Below are positions 23,638-37,355 of a stretch of DNA of 64,000 nt, piece after piece. How positions within the stretch are numbered: position 1 is the first letter of the stretch; each line of letters opens with the position of its first letter. The notes under the pieces were generated by a model. It was not told where the DNA came from, ran no database searches, and worked only from the letters and a program-made list of their open reading frames with translations. The stretch spans positions 1,052,280 to 1,116,279 of the forward strand of contig NW_002060956.1 of assembly GCF_000150275.1 (NCBI RefSeq). Reading direction: 5' to 3'. This DNA comes from Trichoplax adhaerens. Taxonomy: Eukaryota > Animalia > Placozoa. A program made the position numbers and the translations under genes.

Positions 23638-26600
23638 TTATAATTCATCTTTTTTATTATCCTGTGGTTGTTGGTCATCTTTTCTATTGCTTTCAGGTTG
23701 TTCATCATCTTCGTCATCTTCCTCGTCATCTTCGTCTCCTCCTTCGTCATCATTGTCTACTTCTTTAGAGTTTCCTGTTATTGCCTCTTTTTTCTCTTTG
23801 GTTAAAGGTCCAATGTTGGTGCCATCGATAATTAGCCCTTCATCATCACCGAACCATGCGATATTTCTTCTCGGATTATAGACATCATTCTTTTCTAGAT
23901 ATTCTCTAATATCTACAGCGGATTCGACGTTGAAGTCTTTCTTTAAATTATCTCTTTTTTCTAACGTCAAGAAATCGAGAGCTTCCTGCTTTGGTAACCA
24001 GTCGCGATCGGCTAAATGAACACCTCCCATTTGAATAATATCTTTCATATTAGCATGCAGAGTTTTATTAATCCATTTCTCAATATTGCTTATTTCTGGA
24101 GATTCTTCCTTATCAATAAATGTGTTAGCAATACCCTTTCTTCTATCGACATAAATGCATCTTGGAACAGCATCGGTGTTGCCACGGGTATAGTAGTAAA
24201 TAATGGATTGCGTCACAACATCATCTCTGTCATAACAGGCAATTATTGCAAAAAGTTTCAATTAAAGTGCCTCAATAATTCGTAATACATTTAATTTAAT
24301 TACTATATTTTCTTACATTCTATACAAATATGAAAGGTTCACGATATCATATGATTTCATCGATTCATGAAATCATACGAACCTACAATACTAACTATGA
24401 TCTACCTTTACATTTGCATACTTTATATAATAACATTAGTCAATTATCGATGAAAGAGTCTTCAAAAATACTGATTATAAGCTAGTGGAGTGACTTACAA
24501 ATCCATCCATGCGACATTTATATTACTATAAATAGAACCAGAAAGGCGATTTACTATCTCCTTCTGAATTGCTTCCGCATCATGGCCATGTAGAATGAAT
24601 GATACTAATGGTTTCTTACTTCGGAAATAGTTTATAAAATTGTGTTCACTAAATTGATCCTAGAAAGGTGTAGAGGATATCAAGATAAGAATATTAAAGT
24701 TATTTAACGTTGAAATTATAGACAAGTTAAGAAATTGGATTATAATCATGAATGTCGTTAACATTATGAGACTAACAAATAATGGTAAGCCATTATTGTA
24801 GATAAAAGTTTCGATTCCGTCAACGGTTAACTCTCCTTCGTAAACAATCTGTCTTTTTACTTCATTAGTTGCTTTATAGCAAATAACTGCCGGTAATTTA
24901 ATATTGAGCTTTTCCGCTAAGGCCATAGAAATGTCGGATTGGAAACTACGTCCGAATTGCATTATTCCACTAAAACGCTTCATAACTTCATCAAATTCTA
25001 TTACGTTAAGTAAGTACATGAAAGTTATGAATTAGTAGACAAATAGGTAACTTTTCAAGGCTGATTATAGACTGCAGTTGATATTATAACGATAACCAGT
25101 TATAAATAAAATTGAAATTAGTCGCTACAGAACGAAATTGTTCATACTAGAAATGAAATATGGATTAAATTGACTTCCATAAATATAATAATTATGCTTA
25201 CTAAGTCTTACCCACACTCGGTTTCTCGAACAAGCCAATAACGACAACGCCCGAAGCATTTTCAAGGAACTTTTGACCTTGCTCAACTGATGTAAATTTT
25301 CCATTGCTCTCTTCAGTATAAATCTTAATTCCAGCAATCAAACTATCGATTGTAAATGATCCCTTATAGACCACACCGTCATTATTCTCACTATGGGCGT
25401 ACAATGTATAGCAGAATAATGATAGAATAGGTAAGATTAAATTCAACTTGATTGATTTAAAATTTTACTATTTCTAATTTTATCTTTGATTTTTACTTTT
25501 CTTTAGTTATATCAAGTATCTTATTGATCACTTACGTATAAACTTTAACTGTTGGATACTCTGTGATACCATTAGCTTCACATGGTCGTGGATAATCAGC
25601 GCAATTAATCTCGGCAAAGCTAAGTTTCATTCTAGTCGGGTTTTGCTCGAACTTTAATTTTATATCTTCATAGATAAATGAAAATGCACGACTTCGTATA
25701 TCCCCTGCAGATGGAAATAATTTGTTCATAAATACTCTATTTACCGACAAAAATATTAATTTGACATCTAGTATAGGATTACTACAGCCTCTATTAGGTA
25801 GTTATTAGTATAATCTCTGTACAAAGGAGATATATAGGATTCTACGTTAATGGTTGATTAAAATAACGTTTTTTGTTAGATTAATAAAATAATGGATTAC
25901 ATAATTATAATTGTTGCCTATTATTTTTATATTGGAATCAGTATTTCTTATCTTATTTTTACACTGCCTTATTTTGTTGAGGGTGGCCCTATCTTAATTA
26001 CTAATAATATGATCGATAATCATTCTAATTAAGACAATGGATAGTGTATAATATAGGGATGCAATATCTTTGCAATAATTAATTAATCAATATCGAGAGT
26101 TGTGTAGTTAACATAGAAAAATAATTAGCTCCAGGCTGATTGATATTTAGTCCTACCACTAATGAACTATAATTCAAAAATAAAACTTATACTAGAAATA
26201 TCCATTCCTATAGACTAATGGATCAACAACGGCAATTTTCGATAGCTTAGACGAAGGCAATTTCAAAGATAAACATTTCTATATTTACAATCGCCTTTTT
26301 TGACAAATGCTAGTACCTTGCTAGATAATAAGCTTAAAAAGAGACAATACTGGTAATGAATACAAATTTTAAAAAAATTGTAATAGATTTTCTTACACGT
26401 TGTATAATAATTAATAATTCGAATTCCATTTTGGTTGATAAATTCTTGAATAGTTTTATCGGTTAATGATGTTACGGAGCTTTGTCTTTTATATCGTTCA
26501 GCTTGTGGATCTTGTTCATCTGATTCGTATATACGCTTGATATCTTTAGCAATTTCATCATCAATATTGTTTATATCAGCTATAATATTAACCAAAAGCA

Positions 26601-29600
26601 GAGAAAAGATATAGCACTTAAATTATTGGTTTAGTTAATGCTAGTAACAATAGTTAACGATCCAAATTAACAGATTCCAAGGACTAATTGGTAACTTAAT
26701 AGATAAGATATACGTAAGAAGAGGGGTAGGTATTCTGGTACCCCGCAATAACTTTTTATATAGAAAATTACAGTAAAATTGTATAAGATAATTTAAATAG
26801 GAATGTGCTGATATTGATTTATCTATAACGTCTTAGAGGCTTTTACTAAAAATATTTGTATACTTTATAATATTTTTTATTTACTAATATCTAATATTTA
26901 AATAACCACACCATATAATGCTATTCGATTATAGATAGTAATAATAAAATGGTATTTATTGAATTAATAAAGTAAATTGATAGTATAATGAAGGAATTTG
27001 ATATGTGACTGTATCAATCATTTTGGATGCTAAAAATGGCTTCAATCAAAATTTTTAAGGGATAAGATATATACAGATCCGACATTTAATAACCTTTACT
27101 ATTAGATAAACGTTTTGGTGGTTCAAAATGATCGCCAGCTGTTGGTGGCAATCTAGTGAAATCGGTTAACGTTTCTTCTTCGATAAAGTCCAATATGCCT
27201 TCATATGTAAAGTCTTTTGTCTTACTAAATATGTTAACCTTGCCTTTAATGCTAACAAATCGCAAATTTGTTTCCTAATAGTATCAATAGAATGAAATAG
27301 TTAATATTGCATCAAATTATTTTATGATTAATTAACTTTGATGATAGGCTGAAAATTCTAAAAGTTCAATATCAATAAGAAATATACATTATTACCATGC
27401 TTTCGCAATTAATAATATCAGTAGTGTAGGATCGATCCATTTTTTAATCATACTTAGCTTATTTGCAATGTCAATAAGTGAAAAAGTAATTTATTTTGAT
27501 TTCTAATTCCATCAATGTACTGTATAGTAGTAGTGTAGATAGGATTAATCTTAAATCTTCTTCAGCTTGTGGTATCCAAACAAAGAAATTTAATAATTCA
27601 ATATCTATCGAGCTGTTCTACATTGATAGCTGATTACATCGATGTAGAAGAGTAACTAGAGTCAATCTTTGATCATGCTGATCTTATGAAATTAAATGAA
27701 TAATTTTAGCAAATTATTATCAAATATTTAATAGATATTCTTTCCATGATTTCTGATAATATCAGCATAACATTTGTAATATCAGTTTGATATCTCTATT
27801 TAAAATTTAATACTCTATCGACAATCTTTATTCGATGTTCATTTCTAATTAAAATAGCTCATTCAGACGATACATACTTGTGGCACGTCTTTATCAGAGG
27901 AATACAAATAAGTAACTACGTCAAATTCCGGATGGGTAATAAAACTCCTCTTAACTCTTCCTAATACAATTTCCCAGTAATCGCAAGATACAGGTCCAGG
28001 ACAGTAGAATATAGCGTAATTGATTTTCTTTTCTTTACCAGTGGTAATGTTATCATGTTTCTCTTTCGTGATTGATTCGACATCCATATCGGCTTTCTCA
28101 GCTAGGTGCCGTAGTAATGAATTCAGTTAGACTTATAATTAACACTGATTGCATAATTATCCATATTTCAGTTTCTCCTCTTTCAACTTAAGATTAATTG
28201 TGAAATTTAAGACTGAACTTGTTTCTAGATTGTTAGTAATAAGCCTTCTCGGCACATTACATCAGTAATTTCTACAAATTTTATAATATGTCTATCGTCT
28301 CCGATCGCTATTCGATTTCTGTTATGATAAAATATACACGCATATTTTATTGACTTAAAGGTGAATATAGATGCTATATGTACGAGTATATGCAAGTAAG
28401 GAAACTGAATTCTAGCTATGATAGCGTGGACAATTATCACATACAAGCTATGGGTTTCAGTACTTGTGCCTCTATTTTAAGATCAATATTTTCTTTGTTA
28501 CCGTACTCTCTCGAGTTATGAACAGAACTGTAGTAAGGTTTAAGATTAAGTAATATATAATTCAACTGGACTATTCTTTTAGTAAATGTACGGGGCTTGA
28601 AGTACTTTAGCAGTAATTTCGATATAGATCGAGATATGCTAGATCATATCAATTTAAGAAAACTGAAATATTAACATTTGATTATACTGTACAATACTTA
28701 CTTTTAACGCCTACACCAACGCGTTTCCAGTATTCGTCTACAAAATATTTCAAGTTGCGTGCAGTATAATTTCCTAACATTTTATGCGTATCCTATTATA
28801 TAATAAATGAAACAGAAGGAATTGTCTTATTAATGTATGGATAGCGATTCATAAATGATAGAAACGACAAATATTTATTAAAATTTTGAATACTATTTGA
28901 TATTACTAATATAGATAAACTACTTGACTAACGTATGTGGTAATTTGATATTAACAATTGATGCATAGAGCAAAGCACCAGTATCAATCTGACTAGAAAC
29001 TTATATTTATCATAGTAGTTAAAGACCAAGAAGGAATAGGTGGAATAGAAGGTAAGATTACCCTGTCTGCACCAGCTCTTTGAGCATAGACTGCTGGAAA
29101 TTCTTTAATTTTATACCATTTAACTGGCAAATCAGCTTTTTCATCTAAATTGGACATATTAGCTATAAGAAATCCGATTTTTCCTGAATATTCACTTCCA
29201 AAATCTTGGACATCCTGTATGATTCGTTCATATTGATGACTTTCAGCGAATATGAAAATTTTATTGACATCGTTTTGATTATAGATAGTTAAATTGTCTT
29301 GATGGATCAATTCCGTCTAAGAATAATAAAATAGCACATAGATGTTAAATAGCGTAGAAAAAAAGAAAAGAGAAAAACTTTCAATACTTATGCAGCAGAG
29401 GCAAAATCATTTATAGACTAATTCTATCCTACTTAGATAAATCTAGTATGACTTTTGTTATTATCAACTTACATATATCGGTAATTTATTCCTTTGCATG
29501 AATAAAAATAATTCGTGGCTTGAAAAATATTCACTATGGTAAGTGTGTGGACATGATTGATTTGTCCGATGTAGTGTATCATTGCAATGGTAGATCTTGT

Positions 29601-32600
29601 ATACATAATCCAAAGGCATTACCGGGCTATAAATGAAAAATAAGTTCATACAATATTGGTTGTTTAATGAGTTCAAGACTTTATTTCCTTCTTATTGCAT
29701 TGAAATCAAATCAAAGTAAAGCAATCTACTCTTAGAGCCATACTCTAGTTGTCGATGTATTAAGGTGATGTTCGTGATGATTACAAATTTATAGCTCTCC
29801 TTGAAAGTAGGGAAGCTTTCAAAGAACATCCGATGAGCTAGATATGGGATATAATATAGGAAAAGGATCGAAAATGATATTCTACACGATAAATTTTAGT
29901 AGAATTGAAGTATCTACTAGGCAAGATTAAGTTGAAGTATTCTATTTTATACTGTAAATATTATTTTTAAGTAGAAAAGGTCATCGTTAATACGTAAATA
30001 CGAGCACTATCAAATATTAAAAACTACGCTAACGGTAATCATTTACGAAATTTGTTTCATTTCATTTGGACAATATTTGTTTGGATATCTCATGAATAGT
30101 AAAATAACAAGTAATCTTTATACCAGCATGGACTTCTAGATACTTTGAGTATCTGGAAGTCTATGATACCGGTAAGATCATTGTAATGTCCTGCTTCGTT
30201 TTTATAAATAATTTATTTCCATATCTATTTCTATCAGATACCTCATTATAAATGAATTAGCCAATCTACTTACCTCGAGTGTAGAATTTACTAAAATAGC
30301 CAATAAAAATATCCATATTCGCTTCAATGTTATCCAATATTAATTTTTTTAGCTCTTCCTGATTGCTAATTTTAGCCACAACTTGATCATAGTAGATGCT
30401 ATTTGGATTAGCAAAAGTATAAGTGTTAATGTTCTATTAGTTGTAAGAACATGGCTAATATATAATAATGCTAAGATTAGTATAATACTCTCGTAAGAAG
30501 TTGACAAATTTCCATGAATTTTTTGTGTAAATTTTATCCTAATCGACATACTGTAGTAATCGAGCGACAATAGCATCCGTGTCTTGTAATTCTCTCAATG
30601 GAATGGAACTAAAATGTTTTCCACGCCTGTTTATAACCAATGTAATAATAGGTTAAATAAATGATTAGAAAGTTATCTTGTAGTTTGAATGATTCCTTTG
30701 CTACGTTGTTTATGTATGAAAACGCATAAAAAACAGTTAGCGATATGAACCTTTTTAGTAATTTATAATTAGAAGTCATCATCTACCATGGTAGTATGTG
30801 GTAGTGGTTAAAAAATTTATTGCATTATACATATAGTATTAAAGTTTGCTAGATTTATAAGTAAATTATAATTTTCATTTAGTTACTGTCGCTGGAGAAA
30901 TCATTAAAAGTAATGTTAACAAGTTTGATCATGGAGAACTAATCTATCATAAGTAATGCCTTGCCTCGCTATCGACAAACCTGAAAATCTGTAGCTTTGG
31001 TTTAGTGTTGCAAAATTCTTCTTGGTAGTCTTTAAAGCAATCAATCTAAAGTAGAGATGAAGTTACAAAATTATGGCTTAGTCATGGTAGATATTGCAGG
31101 ATTAAAACAAGCGATAAAGCTAAATCTATGTAAGGCAGAATCCAAACCAAATGAGCACTACACTTCAGGAAGCGAATAGCACAGAAAGAAAGTTACAATC
31201 GTCCTGTTTAAATTACATGGTCAATAACCCCTATCAAATAGGATAGCTAAGAGTCTTAAGATACAATAGCACCTGTATGCGGAAAGATATACTCTTTTAT
31301 AACTTGTTATACTTTTATAGAATTATATAATTCCAATTTATTCAGTCAATAACTCCGTTTAAGCTATGTTGGTAATCTTCAAACATAAAGGAAGTGAAGA
31401 GTCGGTTTTATTACTCAAGTAGTCATTTCTACGTTTCAGCAAGCGGATAACACAGAAATAAAGTTACTACTGTACTGTTTAAATTATATGAATATTGACT
31501 TTTATCAAATACGGTAGGATAGCTATGAGTCTTAAGATACTAACGCAAAAGAATAAAATTATATGTAATTTATTCTTTACGGTAGGAGTTGCCATTTAAT
31601 CGGTAGATATTAGTTCAAAAAGCAAAGGAAAACTAGTCATCTCTCCATTCAATGAAAAATCCTTCTCATTATCAAGTCGATAGGCCATTTGAATAACTTA
31701 TTGCTGGCCATTGATTTTTATACAGGCGCATTCTGAGTAGGGGAAATAAACCCATTTCTTAACAAGCTTAACAATGTCCATCCAGAATGCGATGCCATTC
31801 ATTCAGGGAAATTAAAGCACCTTGTCTTTTATAATAGTTGGTTTGTAAAAGTGATTAAGGCTTTTTTTTATGTGGTCGCCTTTTCTATACATTGAATGGG
31901 AGAAACAATGTTGCAGTACTGTTGTAGATAGAGCCGCCTTGTCTATAGTATTATAAAGAGACACTGCTTTAAAATGGAATAGTTTACACTAAAAATTACC
32001 ATTTGATCTCAACAATGGCGTTGACTAGCCAACACCAGTTGAAAAACATCTTCCGCCATGGTTGAAAACATAACATCGCGAACGATAAATAATAGTTCGA
32101 TAAGTAGTAGCGGCAATAGGAGAAAAAAAAATATATTAGACCAGAGTTCATTTTATCTAATGCGGATATGAACTAAGGTTGTTTTCTGTACGTCTAAGAA
32201 ATAGAAGTTAGGACAGGGTGAAAATGGAGTGAATAGGTTGAAAGTATATAACGATCAATGGACATTAACTTAGAAATATATTAATCGCGCATTTTCTCAT
32301 CTAGTTTAATTAATTGAAAAAGGCGGAAGGAAATGTAATGAAAGGTCGCCGATCTTAAAATGTTTCCGAGAGCAGCTACTATCGGCAATAATATTTTCCT
32401 ATTATTAGAATAGTGCGCGTTGTAAAGTAGAAGTGCAGTGAAATGAAGAAAGTCTGGCCTAGAGTTAGAATGATTCATTGCAAAGAACGGCTATCATTCG
32501 TCATCGTTCGGCTATGGCTTCTATGAATAAAATTGACGATAATCTGAATTTCTTATCGATTTAACTAATATTGTAACACTGTAGAAGTAGAGAAATATCT

Positions 32601-34579
32601 TATTCAAAATCATCAAAGAACTTTAAATGAGATGAATATTTAGTAGTATACATATCTGGGTAGAGCAGACAAATTTATGATAGTCTTCGATTATATAGTC
32701 ATGGACATTTAGATTACATCCTCCTGTCATAAACGAATTAAGATATATTAACCTGGACTTGTTACTATCCGTTTATTTACTAGGGCATGTTCATAGATAG
32801 TCTTTGATTTTACTGCAATGGATGTTTTGCTAATCTACATACTTATATGGCCGGTAATCGAAGATATACTGTGTTGAAAATGATTGTCTTACAATAATTT
32901 TTTTCCGTATCCTCTCGGATCAACTGACTTTAAAATGAACTATTTATGTATTAAGAGTAAAAATCCGGTTGTCATCCTTGACTTATATTTTCCTCTTGTT
33001 TTGTAATGATAGAGTTAATCATTCAACTCTAACTAGGCTTAAATCGACGCTACTCTACACATTAAATCTTATCCGCAGAGGATGCCATTCTTAACACATT
33101 ATTGATAGCACAAGCAACGGCTAGACCAACCAAGAAAACATTAAAGATTCGTATCAACGACATCCTATAGACCATAGGGAAACCATCGACAATTACTATT
33201 TTACTCTTTTTCTTTTAGTGTTTGGTACACACGTATGATTACCTATCAAATAATACAAACTCTCAAGCAATAGCATACTGCTTGTTTATTATCTTGGGGA
33301 GAAAGCTATTTATGTACTTATTTCCCTGTAGAATAGCCAATTAATGAACTTTACTGTGAGTTAAGAACGTATTTCTGTTAAGTCACAATTAAAATCTTAC
33401 CACTTCTCAAACGGGTATAGAGACATGCCTAACTTACTAATCTTTATGTATAACATATATAATTAGTAAACTCTTTCCTACAATTCATGCTAGCGATCTA
33501 TAGCACAAAGGTTACGACCTATCTTTGTAAAATAGCATTTCTGAGATTGAACAACTTCTGATAATAATTATTTGTCTACGCGTAAACTTATTTCATAGTA
33601 AAATAGAAACACTCCTCAAACGATGATGTCAGATTACGAGGTGTAAAATTCCAAGGCATAGTTTTCAAGGTTAGAGTCAACAAGATGTCCACGATGAAAG
33701 TATTAGTCTTTTGCACAGTAAAGTAGTACGAAATTAAATACCTTAACACCAACTACCACAAATTCTTTACGGATTATTTGTCAATCATATCGACTGGTAG
33801 TACTTAGCAAACAGAAAGACCTTGTACTCGTACGTCTATCGGCAAACTCGAACGGTATTGACGATGATGATGCCTAAAGATTGTACATCGCTTTCGAGAA
33901 ATTATTTGATGATGAACCAAGCGTAACAAAGTTCCAACATGGAAGCGTCATAAAAAAATGATGATAAATTATATGCTTAACTCAAAGTTATATCCCTATT
34001 AATCTACTTGGAGGCATTACCCGTAATGCCGTAGGAGATAGTCTACAGTTCTCTTACAAAATTTCATTTTTCTCTCGTAAAGGAGTGAACATATTTATTG
34101 TACCGAAGGGTAGGAATAGTAGATGTACGGGCAACGAGAATCGATATAAAATGACTTACAATAGCGATCTTGACTTTATGATACTCTAGGGCATCTGCAA
34201 CAACGCGAAAATCGGCTTCAAACTGTCGAGTGAGGGTCTGATCCATATTACCTAAGTAATCAGAACATGAAAAAAACGGAAAAAACAACTTTAGAAAATA
34301 GAAATTTTCGTTACCTTCTACTCGTACTAATAGGAGATACTAGAGTAATATTCTATAAAATCTGCAGTTTAGTTTTTCATCTTCTTCAAACATACTTGGT
34401 ACTGGTTGCTTGTAGTAAACTACAATTTGCCTGTAGATCAGAAGATCATTCTGTAACTGTTCATTGGTGATTTCGATATTAGGAAGTTCAGTAAGCCAGT
34501 CCTTTCGACATTCAACATGATATTGTGTCAACGTTAAAATGGCTGCAATCAGTAAAAGATTGAACTGCTTTGCCGCCAT
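23638..34579 (-). CDS. TXNDC16: Thioredoxin domain-containing protein 16 (ERp90)-like, PDI family, lacking canonical CGHC; signal peptide, acidic tail and C-terminal KDEL; multi-exon
   Basis: Signal peptide MAAKQFNLLLIAAILTLTQYHVEC. Exons give KVKIAIIDCFKD..., LQDTDAIVARLL, HRMFFESF...YKFVIITN, KIYHCND...SCPHTY...LFLFMQRNKLP and FAEINCADYPRPCEANGITEYPTVKVY, which resemble TXNDC16 segments as I recall them. Ends ...DNKKDEL*. Confidence 0.75.
31164..31540. repeat. Pair of ~100 bp diverged direct repeats (31164-31264 and 31435-31540) inside the 3.1 kb intron 2 of the TXNDC16-like gene
   Basis: Both copies read ttcag.aagcg.ata.cacagaaa.aaagttac...ctgtttaaatta.atg...tatcaaata...ggatagcta.gagtcttaagatac. 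Confidence 0.8.
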
Positions 34580-37355
34580 CTTCTTCGTTCTCTATCTCTT
34601 CTTTACTTCCTTAGACTCTCACTAATTGCTAGAAATTTTTTTCTCGAATCTTAAAATTTTGATGGATACAGCCCGAATAAATCACGCTGTAATCATCAAA
34701 AAAGAAGTGATTGATTCACGATAGACTCCTTCAATGCCTTTTAAGCAACGTTCATTCGGTATGCAAGTAGTTATTAAAACAATGATCTAACAAGTTGTTT
34801 CATTGATTTGCAAGCCTTTATCCAGTAGGAGGAGTTGAAATTATCCGTATTGTTCTAATTGACATTCATGCTTCCAAGTTTGTATATAGCATTTAATTTC
34901 TTGCTGCCACGTAGTACGTTTAATTAGCATTACCTTTGTTATGTCTTTACAAATAGATGGAATATTGAATCAGCATCGTCAAATAATAAAGTGTTTATAA
35001 AATATAGTTAATTCTTTCTCATCTAGTATTTACTACTTTTTCAATCTAGCCTAGTAACGCTGCTATGTAGGGTAATCAATTTAAATCTGATCGATTAAGT
35101 TAGAACATGCTTGCACTTTTGCCTATTTTCTATCGTCCATCCTTGCTTACAATTAAATATCCATGCGGTATGAGCGTATTGTCTATCATATACGCGTATT
35201 ACTCGTCTTCTAAATACTCATGGATGCGGGTATACCTTGATCATATTGTCCATATACGATAGCTTAAAGGTGTTAGAATGAACTTTTACAATTCAAATGA
35301 AGCCTATGCTAGTTTATTAGCTTAAAAACTGATAATTATAATTAATCTCGAAAGAGCCAAATTAGGTACTGCCTATTTACTTTCATATTAGATGGTAGCT
35401 TAAAAACAAAGTGCAAACTTAAATCTATATCAAGAATCAGAACATGATAGTCAAGTGCAGGTTTAAAGACATACGTCTCTCAATTTAGTGATTTGCAGGT
35501 TAATATTCAGAGCGCAATTTGCCTTTTCGGCAAAGAGTTAAATAGTACAGCAATGATCAGGTCTATATTAGGTAATGACTTAAAATAGAGGTTGAAACAA
35601 TATCATCTACGGTTTATCGAATATCAGTAGGAGGATTAATTGAGCTACCTTAAATCTCTCTTCAGTGTATCGATTTGAAAACTGATATTCACTGTCTATT
35701 TTATCAAAAGTGCTTAGATGTCCTCATAGTAGTCAGCTTTATGCAAGATAGCAGTTTAAAATAAGAAGTACGAATATCTATGCCGAAGAGCAAAGATAGA
35801 CCCTAGCTAAAATAACTTATTTCATGTTCTTTTTAGTAGATTGGTTTGAAATCTGATAAGACTATTTAGTACATTATTTGCTTCACCGAAAAGGCCTAAA
35901 ACTGACATCAATTAATCAGTTTAACGTATACTAAGTAGTAGTTTGAAATAATCTCAACCTCAATACTAACATCAAGTACAATGTTACAAGATATTTCACG
36001 CCATAATAGTTCTCTTTATATCTTATTCTTACTATCTTTAATCTGATATTTGATATTCAGTATTTACTTCATTAGTAAGAATTTAATTGGTTCTTAATAT
36101 TCAATGTTTTGCATACCATCAGCTTAGAGCTAGGCCAATGCGTTAAAATAAATACTAGATAGTTCAATCGGATGTAATCAACTCGTTAATTATTACAGTA
36201 CGAGTGTATACAGGTATACATTTGATCAGCGTTAGCGTGGTTATTGGCTGAGTCGTTTCACTATGACAAGCATGGGAATTATCCTGTTTCAATTGCCCTA
36301 GGATTAATATCGATACAGCATATAGACTAACATAATATATGTAACTTGGAAACTAAGTGTTGACATAACCTAAGATGCGTAGCTAATAAATAATATATGT
36401 ATTTGTACAGTAATAATATCCATATCCTCCTCCTACTATTATTCACTAAATATTAAAGGGCTTACCTCTGACTAGTTGCCTTTGAAAATCGTGCAAAAAA
36501 TTAAAAATTTTTTATAGCCACTTGATATCTCGTGCTGATAGGTTGAAATTTTAACTATATGCCTACTTGAATGAATCTTTTGAAATTTTAATCAACTTCA
36601 TTTAGCATACAGGCTTAAGGCAACATCGCTACGCTAAATTATATAATAAACAGTTTAAACAAAGCCAATTCGTTTAATGAATTTATACCAAAGGCTGAAT
36701 CTGACCAATGGCATTTGATTCGTAAAAAATAAACAAGTGAACTACAAAATAATTGTAAAAAAATGACAACAGGTAGCTAAGATTTTCGTATAGACATAAA
36801 AATCAACTCTTTTTGCATGAAAGAGATTACAATAAATGATATATTTTAGCGTAAATTTGTACAATATCATTATAAATACTCAATCGGTCTTTATTAATAG
36901 CTGAAATATTTAATATAAATATTTTGGGTAGTTAGATATAACATCAACTCAATGGAGAGTACAAGGTACGGTATGATATAGTAAACTATAAAATCTTTAA
37001 ATTCAACATAGTGATACCAATTTACCTTATATTTCTCATAAGAATAACGTTATATCAAACTATTTATTTATTCTGATATTGCTTTTTCGCCTTGTAGAAG
37101 CAAGATTTCGAATATTTCATAAAATTTTCATTTTCAATTACAGTATTAAAAAACGCATGTATAGTAGAATGAAAAATATTATACGACCTTAGGAATAATG
37201 AACAGTTTCTCATAGCTTCTAATTATGAATTCCCATTAATTAAAATCTTAATATATCGCAGAGTATCAGAAATAATTACAATATTTATCATGAAATAAGT
37301 ACGATATTAAGTAGTTTACAACATTCTCAATAGATCTCTAACGTCCGTCATCTAT

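Noticed and set aside
23687-23881. Poly-Ser ORF on the plus strand
   Set aside because: It is the antisense shadow of the Asp/Glu-rich tail of the TXNDC16-like gene.
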